Part shown: positions 52,745-61,511 of the stretch, piece after piece
How the letters are laid out: each line of letters begins with the position of its first letter
Numbering within the stretch: position 1 is the first letter of the stretch
From: an uncultured Acidobacteriota bacterium
GTDB taxonomy: Bacteria; Acidobacteriota; UBA6911; RPQK01; JAPXNP01
Direction: 5' to 3'
DNA: 64,000 nt
Assembly (NCBI GenBank): GCA_963777605.1
Contig: CAVZRV010000029.1
Coordinates: 224,001 to 288,000, forward strand
Translations under genes and position numbers: made by a program
The notes under the pieces: model-generated
Told to the model about the DNA's origin: nothing
Database searches by the model: none
Seen by the model: the letters and a program-made list of their open reading frames with translations, nothing else

Positions 52745-55700
52745 CTAGTTCTGTCTGCTCCTGCCCAGTTCCAACAAGGCCCACTCAGCTGCGCTTTTCA
52801 AAACGTTTCTAGGCGACTTCATCGTTAACGCTTCCTTCAAAAACGCTTCTTCTGAAGAATTTCCGCATTTTCCAATCGACCTCAGGATTTCCGCCTGGGC
52901 CAGATAGCTATTCTCTGATCGGAATTGTTCCATTAGGAAAGAGACCCATTTCCGATCCCTCAGTCCCCCGATAATCCGAAAGACCGACGCTCTCACTTGA
53001 GAGTTTTCATCCTTGCCAATCTCTTTCAGGAGATTCTCGTTCATGACACCCGCGAACTCCCTCAAAGCCTCAACGGCACTCCTCCTGACGGCCCAGAATG
53101 GGTCATCTTGCGCACTTTTGGACAACTGATCTCTTACACGCTGGTACTCTTCAAACTTTCCCAGCTCCGATGCGGCCCAGCTTCTTCCGATGACGTCATC
53201 ATTCGCCAGCTGAAAGAGAAGTTCATCCACCTCTTTCTCAAAGGTCCACTCTTTCAGCAGATAATTCCCCTCGTCGAACCGGACCAGAAGAGGCTTTTCA
53301 TCTCGCGGCGAAGTCAAATGTCTGTTCCCTCTGGTTGATCCAGACTTCTTTGGAAGTCCTTCCTCTTGAGGTGACGATCCCGACCACAACGGGCATATGA
53401 TAGACGGCATTTCCCGACCTGAAATCTTGAATCTGGCTAACTTTCAACCGGACAGTGCCGGAATTCTCAAGCCACTGGTAACTAACATCGAATACGGGGT
53501 GTCCCGCCTTATAAATATATTGGTCGAAGAACCAGTCCATGTTACGCCCTGTCGTTTCCTTCACGGCCAACATAAAATCATGAGTATCTACAGGCTGAAA
53601 CTCATGCTTGTGGAGAAAATTCTTTAACACTCTGAAGAACGGCGCATCACCCAAAATGTACCGCAACATGTGAAGGACGCAGGCCCCCTTTGGATAGGTA
53701 TGGCTGTCAAAATTCTGGCCAGGTTCTTCATAGCGCGTAAATACAATAGGTCGAGTGTATTCACGCCGAGCCTCTTCGAAATAGTCGTTCTTCTTTTGCA
53801 GCAGAGCGATTGCACATTCATCTTCGCCCTTGTCAAAGCAAGTGTAGAGATAATCCGAATAGGTTGCAAAACTCTCGTTCAGCCAAGTTTCGGACCATGT
53901 TCTCAAGGTGACAAGGTTCCCAAACCATTGATGCGCCACTTCGTGAGCAATAATTCTCTGCCAGGAGTAATCTTTGTCGGCTTTCCTGTCATAAATGACG
54001 TTCTGCCCGAGAATTGTCGCCGATGTTGCTTCCGCTCCTCCTCCCTGGGTCGGTGTTTCCACCTGATCATATTTTGCCCAAGGGTAGTCGTAGCCGAAGA
54101 GATTGCTGAAGAAATCGATCATCTCGGGCGTCTTCTTGAAGATCCGGCGCGCATCTTCGACATCTTGTTCATAAACCCAGTAATTGACGGGAAGAGAGCC
54201 TAGAGAATCTTCAATGACGGCAAAGGGGGCAATGGCTACCATGGATAGATAGGTCGAATGAGGTTCTTCTATTTAGGTTCTGCTTGAGGGCCTTGAACAT
54301 CAGCTCGATCTGCCATCGTTCCTTGTAAATGGCCGCGATGGTCGCCGGGACGAGTTTGAACAGGTTGGTCAGAAACGCAGGCGCCCTGGACGGGATCGTC
54401 GATTTCGACGAGGCGGAAGCGACAGGGCCGTCCTTGGTGCAGGAGGCCGTAGAGATGGATGATCTGATCGGAGACGACGGGAGAGTTCTCGGGCAGCGGA
54501 AGCTGCTTGACCACCCCGTAGTTGGCGTTGCTTTTCAGCCGGGTGACGAAGAAGACCCCTGCTCGGTGAGGTCGCGTACCAGCGTAGTCGGTATAGCCCG
54601 GTCGAAGACGACAATGGTCCCCGCTTCGAAGTGCAGCTGCGGCCGGCCGTCAGATCGGAGACGGCGCCTTCGGTGATGCAGGCGAATTCGGCAAGTAGCC
54701 GTCGTGATCCAGAAGGAGGTGGAGATTGACGGCCCCTTTGGTGCGCTGGAACGGGCCCAGTCGAATAGCGAGCACACAGATCGATCACGGTGGCGTCCAG
54801 GCTGACCAGCGGGTTTTTGAAGCGGAACGGCTTGCGGCGCCGGCCACGGTCAGCGTCCGGCACCGATCGAGCAGGCAATGGAACACCTGCTCGTAAAGCT
54901 CCCAGGGACGGTGCTCGTTGGCATAGGACAGAGTCGAGCGCTTGGGAATCCGGATGCCGAGGTGGCCAATTTGCCTTCGCAACTGGCCAGCCCACCGCAG
55001 ATTTCCCGCAGGCTTTGGGCTTTGCCCAGGTGGCAGAACAGCATGGAAACGAACTGGGTCCAGCAGCCGAAACCCCGGGCGTGGCGCTCGGCTTTGGTCT
55101 CTCGGACCAATTCTGGAACTCGAGACGCGGAAAAAGCTGGAGAAGTTGGCTGAAAATGCTGCAAAATCGATTCACGGGCTGGGTCTCCTCTTCGATTGGA
55201 TCTGTTTGACAACCCAATGTACGAGGGCGGCTCAGCTCAACCTGAATCTAATTGGGACCAGTGATACGTGACGGTCCCATCCAGATGTTCGGTGACCTTC
55301 TCGAGCCGTCCATTGGAGAGGACTTTATTCGGTTTTTCAACAGTGGCGATCAACTCCATCGTGACCTTGTCATGAGGGTAGTCGTAGCATGGAAACCAGT
55401 ATCGGGCCTCATCGGGCCAGGAATCGGTGGAGACCATCCTGGGATTTCGGTCAGTCTCATCGCTGAAGAAGAGGCCTTGTTCAGGGTTAGTTACATGATA
55501 TCGGACCGTAAAGGTCAGATCCTCACCGTAGCCATAGGTCCGGGGAAAAGAGATGATCAGCTTCTCACCGCTCTGCTCGAACGTGAGTGGCAAATACCGA
55601 CCATCGAAAACTTCTGTAATAACCAGGCCAGCTGCATCCAGAACGCATTTCTGAAAGCCATCTGTCAATGGCGTCAAAGTCACTCTATTCTCGCCCCAGA

Positions 55701-55872
55701 GTCTCTTCTTATTTAGATCGAAGTTCAGTTTCAGACGATAATGTCGAGCATCGAAATCATGGCTTCTCTCTACCTGTTCGGGTCTTTTATAGACATCAAT
55801 ATTCTGGGCTGAAATGTTTACCGCGCAGAGAACAAGGGCAATAGCCGTGATTTTGAAGATCTTCATTTGCAT
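52745..55872 (-). pseudogene. M1-family aminopeptidase with C-terminal HEAT repeats, interrupted by IS4 sequence and one frameshift
   Basis: ARYWFPCYDYPHDK, LSNG, PHSTYL, GGAE, AHEVAHQWFGNLVT...WLNESFATY, YPKGA; three fragments. Confidence 0.88.
54270..55263 (-). mobile_element. Second IS4-family copy, 3'-truncated and heavily frameshifted
   Basis: High nucleotide similarity to 45589-46180; keeps the middle region (VFDR, LTNLFKLVPATIAAIYKERWQIELMFKALKQNL). Confidence 0.85.
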
Positions 55873-56137
55873 TCTGGATGATCAACGATACGGCAAGCGT
55901 TGTAAAGGCTCAGCGGGGTTAAGCCGGACTGGCCGACCTGTGGCCAAACGCCTCTTCGGTCTCCCTCAGCGCTGCTACGTTTTTGAGAAGAAGGGATTCG
56001 GCCACACTGCTGTACTTCCAGCTGACGGCTGATCCCGCGGTCCGGAATCCCGCGGCTCTGATTCTGGTGCGGACAGCGCAGTACTGCTCAATTCGACACG
56101 CAGCCACAGCCAAGCCGACTCTGGGTGCGGGCGTCCC

Positions 56138-56650
56138 GTGGTCTTGGGAGCGCACACACTCAGTAGCGAAGAACTCGCACCCGCTGCGAGAGTGGACCCC
56201 AGGGCCCTTTATCGTCTTCTCCGCACGTTAAGCACGGTGGGCGTTGTCTCGGAGTCGCGCGACCAAAGATTCACGTTGGGGCCCCTCGGAGAGGCGTTGC
56301 GAAGCGACGCGTCCTGTTCGATGCGGGCTTGGGCCATCTTCAGCGGCGAGCCCTTCTATTTGCAGGCGTGGGACCAGATCGTTCATAGCATTCAGACCGG
56401 CCAGCCCGCCTGGGAGCACGTACATGAGATGCCCATATTGAGTACATCGGAAAGCACCCGGACACAGGGCAGATCTTCGATCAGGCGATGACCAGTCTCT
56501 CCGCGAGAGAAGCTCCAGCGATCATCGATGCGTACGACTTCTCCAGCACTCGCAAGTTGGCAGACATCGGCGGTGGCCAGGGTCTGCTTCTGCGCACGAT
56601 TCTCAAGTCCCATGCCAACATGACTGGCATCCTTTTCGATCGCCAACCCC
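56138..56650 (+). pseudogene. O-methyltransferase (Methyltransf_2 with dimerisation domain) fragment
   Basis: ALYRLLRTLSTVGV...FTLGPLGEAL, AYDFS...ADIGGGQG.LL..IL...GILFD; frameshifted and truncated. Confidence 0.82.
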
Positions 56651-56878
56651 GCTCTATCTTCCTCAAGTCTTTGCTGCAGTCGTGTAACTGGAACGCAAAC
56701 CCACAACCTCGACTTCAATACGAATCACTCTCAGCCAGCGAAGTAGGAATCGAAATCACTGATCGTCTTTGTTCCTTGGCCCGCCCCGGGCAAGCTCCAG
56801 AACACCGTTCGGACGGGCCTTTCCCCCTCTTTCCCGTACCTTGAACCACGAGCCATGAACCCGTTGCAGAGCCTAGAT

Positions 56879-57059
56879 TGTGCCCGAAGTGTGCCCGCGG
56901 GAATCACGTCTAATCTCACGCAATCCAATTCCAGCCAAAAGTCGACTTTCAGCCCGACGCGGCTTCTCTCTATATTTCAACACCTTACAGGAGCACGCAG
57001 CAGCCCTTAAAATCCTGTGGGGGGGAACCCCCGTACGGGTTCGATTCCCGTCCGGGGCA
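56879..57059 (+). repeat. attR-like site 3: 127-bp arm plus tRNA-Leu 3' copy (57006-57059)
   Basis: One mismatch to 31244-31297; IHF-like site at 56975-56987. Confidence 0.9.
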
Positions 57060-57421
57060 TTTGCCTTCGGAAATCCCAAGGTCCAAGGGTCCAAATCTCA
57101 GGGCCGACGGGACCGATGGGACGGATGGAACTGGGGGGCGGGACGGCTTTGCGGCAATGCGACGGCCTGGGACGATGGACCAATCCGGGGGGCACGCAAC
57201 CGATGGTGGAGCGATCTCGGCCAGTGTCCCATGGGTCCCATGGAAGTCCCATCAGTCTCAGGCCGTGCCATTTTCCGCGAAGCCTCAGCCCCATACTCTT
57301 CACCCGTCCGATCGGTAAGACATCCTGGTCATTCTCATTGTTCGGGTCGGCCACCGTCGTGATGCCTGCGGGTAGCAGGACAGCATCAACCGGAGGCACA
57401 GAGAGATGCTGGTCAGGGAAG

Positions 57422-59186
57422 TCAGTAGCCGATACGAAGCGGAAGGCTCCAAGTATCCAGCTCGACCGGATCCGCCGGGGCATTGGTGATGGCAGCCGTG
57501 TCGACGTTCTGGCGGACGCTCATCATCGAGATACCATACTCGCAGGAGATGGACGCCGATCCCAGGAAGGGCTGCCCAATGGAGATGTGACCACGCGAAA
57601 AACTCGTCGGCGAAACGGCTCTTCTGTTCAAAGCCGCGGAGATCGAGGCTGGAGGATCCCAAAAGAGCTCCCCCCATCCCCTCATACAAGTTGAGTTGAC
57701 AGTGGTTCATCTTTGAACTGGCGTTCTGAATCGCCAGGCCTTGGCGGACTTGGTGGCTCTGCTGAATGGGGGTTCTCCAGGTCTTCGAATAGCGCCCGGG
57801 CAGCACGGTCACCTCGGGTCCATCCAGGGACCAGAAGCCCGAGACCGAATAAGAGCCCAGCCCCGTGAACCGTGTTGTCGCCGGCACGATATCGTCGAGA
57901 TCGGACGACACTTCCTTGGTCTCCATCGGATCTACTTGGATGGTCTTCTCCTCCATCAGAACACCTTCCGGCGAATAGAGGGCTACATCGACCTCCATTG
58001 GAGTCCGCTCGAAGCTGGAGAGCAAATACCTGGTTGCGCCGGGCACACTCTGGGGGGCAAATCGGAGATTCCCCAGATTCAGGTCCGCCGCCTTGAACTC
58101 GCCGCCCACATTACCGAGGATCCATCCCTTGCCCCGTTCCTGATCGACATCGAAGCCCAGAATATCGTCGAAGTCGGTATCGAACCGACCGAAGAGCCGG
58201 ATCGGGTCATCGGCGCCCACATCGCTGTACTCGAGCCCGTACAAGCGGGAACCCCAGGAGACCGCAGCCCGATTCATACCCAGTGGCCCGGCGGAGAAGC
58301 TGGTGCCCGCGGTTGACGGAAACAGGAACGTCTCTTTGGCGAAAGTCTTGCCGGCAGGGTCGTAGAGGTAGGAAACCAGATGATCCTCTCCGGGCAGCAA
58401 GTAGCTCGATCGAGTGCCCAGATTGACGACACCGGACGATCTCCCATACTCAGCCTCGAAGCCGGGCGCGGATGTGATGTTTCCGAGATCCGTCACGGTG
58501 TGGGAAAAATCGGAGTACTTGAGATCGATGGCCTGCAACTTCCAGTCTTTTGTCGTCGCAAAGATCGAGAAGAGGCCCAGTTCGTCGTTGGCCACGATGC
58601 GAGGGCGAATCCCTCCCGTGGATCTCGACAGATAGGAGGCACTGAGGTTGAGGTCGACCTGATTGTAGAGCGAGTTGGTTCCGCAATAGACCCGCAGTTC
58701 CTCTTCGAGCTGGTGAATTCCGATTGCGCAGGTCAGCCCGTCCGCGGACGTGGCGAGGTCCGCATCGGCAAAATTCGCACCGCCCGGGGCTGTGTAGAAC
58801 TCCTCCCAGTCGCCCGCCACGCTGATCTGGGCCACATGGAGCGAACCCGCTTCCGTGAGAGCGGCCCTGTAAGAGAGAGGACTCGCGCTCGGCGCGGTGC
58901 TGATGGAGGAAAAACTGGAGTTTGGCTGAAGGACGACGGCACTGCCATCCCGGTTGAAATGGGTCAGATTGTCGGAACCCGCGGTGACGCCCGGGGTGAT
59001 GGCCAGTACCGCCGAAAGATCTCGTGCCGGCGCGATGGCCGAAGCCTCCACTTCAGATACTGTGAAGCTCGAGGACGTTCTCGTTCCATCCACCACGGGA
59101 ACCCCGGCGTTCAAGCAGGGAATCAGACAGACTGCAAACATGACAACCAGACCTTTTCTTGTACGACTCACGATCTCTCCTTTCAC
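57422..59186 (-). CDS. Hypothetical secreted beta-rich protein (frameshift near 57595)
   Basis: Signal peptide; C-terminal GLAIQN...SRFADEFF domain continues in the 57422-57685 frame. Confidence 0.6.
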
Positions 59187-59660
59187 TGATCGCCTGATCT
59201 CGAGTCAGGCGGCAGGTTGGGTGGCCGGACATGAGTCAGCCGATGCCGAGGGGGCAGAGTGTTCAGGTCTCTCGTGAGCGATGAAGCTTGGCCGAAACGT
59301 CCGGCTTGCCGGATTTGAGAGCGAGTATGCCACCGAGCGATGCGAGGCGCAAGTCGTCCAGCGCCTGCATGGCCCGCGACTTTCAAGAGCGGATCGGGAT
59401 CCTGACGAGGTCCGACTTCGCGTGGCGGGGCGAATGGACAGTCTCGGGGCGGCCCTCCGCATCGGCAACGAGTTGGTGTCTCTCTACACGTGCGGACCTG
59501 CTGGCGGCGGTGGCGTTACGAAGTCGTCGCGCGAAATCGACGCGAAGGGCTGCACCTTCATACCGAGGGACATTGTCGAGACCAGGGTCCAGTTCCTGGA
59601 GACAAAGTCAGTGAAGCTGAGAGAAATTGCACACTGTCGGGCCGGAGACGAGGGGGATCT

Positions 59661-59791
59661 ATCTCAGCCTCAACCGAAGGGATCGGACGACCCTCTTCAT
59701 CGGTCACCTGTAGGATCAGCTCAGCTGCGGACAGTTCCACCATCAGGGCAAGAAGGCAGAGCAGAATGACGGATGTCTTTCCCTTGATCAC
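59661..59791 (-). pseudogene. 5' remnant (signal peptide) of the 38736-40394-type gene
   Basis: IKGKTSVILLCLLALMVELSAAELILQVTDEEGRPIPSVEAE, nearly identical to 40264-40394. Confidence 0.8.
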
Positions 59792-59861
59792 GATGGTCGT
59801 CTCGCAAAGCTCATCCTATCGGCCGGTTTGGTGGAGGGCAAGGTTCAATTCGCCAGGGGGA

Positions 59862-60555
59862 CTAGTCGGGCTTCATGGTGATCACGACGGTGAAGATGAC
59901 GGATACGGGTTCTCCGCCAAGGTAGGTCGGCTCCCATGTCCATTGTCTGACCGCCTCGGTTGCGGCCTCCGCCAGTTTGCGATTCCCTCGAATAGTCTTC
60001 ACGTCCACGACGCTTCCCGTCTTGTCGGCCGTCACCTGGAGCAGGATGGTTTCTCTCGATTCCTTCCTGTCTGCGCGCCTGGGATAGACCGGCGGGACGA
60101 AAACCCGGAGTTTCCGTTCCTGAACGCGCTCACCAACCCGGATCGGTTTTCGACCGCCGTGGGGCGGTGGCTTGTTCACGATCTGAGAGCCTCGGATCAC
60201 AGATAGCTTTAGCGACAGCCTGAAGGGAATAGGTTGGGTGCACGTTCGGCTGAAGCCAGAGTTTCAGGAACGATCCAGGTTTGAGTGCGTCGAAATCAGC
60301 GCGCTTGAGCGGTTCGAGATAGATCTCAGTATCGGCGGTGACCGTTATCGAGGTAACGAGATTCTCATCCGAAGGCTCAAATCGGCCTCCCTCATTCCGG
60401 AAGACGGAGAACTCTCCGATGACTCTCCCCGGTTGGTCAAACTTGGTGACTTGCTTGATGAAGCCCCGGAGGTCTGGCGTTCCATGGGGAGGAGCCGACG
60501 GCACATTGCAAGCGAGAGCCTGGAGGACGAGGACCAACTGAAGGCTTACCAACAT
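59862..60555 (-). CDS. TonB C-terminal domain protein, second copy (frameshifted)
   Basis: Near-identical to 40465-41157, with indels at about 60200 and 60050-60080. Confidence 0.82.
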
Positions 60556-60705
60556 CTCACCAACTTAGACTGCACTGGCGGCTTCTTTGTTCCCGCCTTT
60601 CGCCCGGTCGAGATCTGGTCCATCACATCGTAGCTGATCTCATAGAGTTGAGCGTTTGGTCACATCGTGTTGGTGCATCCTCTGACACGCGAGTATTCTT
60701 GACCA

Positions 60706-60894
60706 GTGAAGGTCAGGGATCTGATCAGGTTAATCGAAGAGGACGGATGGCGGCAGGCTCGAACCCGGGGCAGTCATCGTCAATTCAAGCACTCGGAGAA
60801 GCGTGGACTGGTGACGATTTCGGGTAAGATGGGAGATGAACTCGCTCCTGGCACGTTGAACAGCGCTCTGAAACAGGCAGGACTCAAAAGATGA
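60706..60894 (+). CDS. hicA: HicA-family toxin, second copy
   Basis: GSHRQFKH motif; three amino-acid differences from copy 1. Confidence 0.93.
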   Translation: MKVRDLIRLIEEDGWRQARTRGSHRQFKHSEKRGLVTISGKMGDELAPGTLNSALKQAGLKR

Positions 60895-61106
60895 AGCGTT
60901 ATTTGATTGTTATCGAGCAAACAGAAACCGGGTTTTCAGCCTACTCTCCCGATCTGGACGGCTGCATCGCCACGGGCGCTACGCAAGAAGAGGTAGAGCG
61001 GAGAATGAGGGCGGCCATTGAGTTCCACCTTGAAGGACTCAAAGAAGAGGGTTGTCAAATTCCGGAGCCTCATACGGAATCCCGGTATGTCGATGTAGCT
61101 GTTTGA
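60891..61106 (+). CDS. hicB: HicB-family antitoxin, second copy
   Basis: PDLDGCIATG motif; four amino-acid differences from copy 1. Confidence 0.93.
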   Translation: MKRYLIVIEQTETGFSAYSPDLDGCIATGATQEEVERRMRAAIEFHLEGLKEEGCQIPEPHTESRYVDVAV

Positions 61107-61150
61107 GCGACTTGCGCTGGGAAGAAATTGCCTGAACCTGGGTTCGGAAG

Positions 61151-61332
61151 TGTGCCCACATTGTGCCCGCGGGAATCTCGTCTGATCTCACCTAATCCAA
61201 CTCCAGCTCAAGGTCGATTCTTTGGACTGACGCAGATTCTCTTTATATTTCAATCACTTACAGGATCACGCAACAGCCCTTAAAATCCTGTGGGGGGGAA
61301 CCCCTGTACGGGTTCGATTCCCGTCCCGGGCA
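61151..61332 (+). repeat. attR-like site 4: 128-bp arm plus tRNA-Leu 3' copy (61279-61332)
   Basis: One mismatch to 31244-31297; IHF-like site at 61248-61260. Confidence 0.9.
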
Positions 61333-61380
61333 TTTCAAAGTGCGAAATTCGAAGTGCGAAGTGCGAATTTCCGCTTTCGT

Positions 61381-61398
61381 CGTTAAGTTGACAGTACC
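61381..61398. repeat. Solo IS6-type terminal inverted repeat
   Basis: CGTTAAGTTGACAGTACC versus CGTTAAGTTGACAATGCC at 51198-51215. Confidence 0.65.
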
Positions 61399-61511
61399 CG
61401 GGCCAGTTTTCTCCTCCGAGCCTTTTAGTCCTGTGTGGCGGCTGCCGAAGGTCCCCTCACCGAGGCAAAGAGGAAGGGAGAGCATCAGGTCGTCGGCTGT
61501 CGGGCAGTAAA

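Larger units (their letters stand above)
41935..57059. mobile_element. tRNA-Leu-integrated module 3 (no integrase; contains IS and intron insertions)
   Basis: Type A left end at 41935-42064; right end at 56879-57059. Confidence 0.7.
57060..61332. mobile_element. tRNA-Leu-integrated module 4 (no integrase)
   Basis: Lies between tRNA 3' copies 3 and 4; its right 1.67 kb is a diverged duplicate of module 2. Confidence 0.7.

Noticed and set aside
38379-61332. Four extra tRNA-Leu genes
   Set aside because: The copies lack the 5' acceptor strand and D arm; they are att-type 3' fragments, not functional tRNAs.
31298-61332. Classical integron with attC sites
   Set aside because: No IntI gene; scattered GTTRRRY/RYYYAAC words (e.g. 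36968-36993, 49263-49295) are too close together or non-complementary to form attC hairpins.
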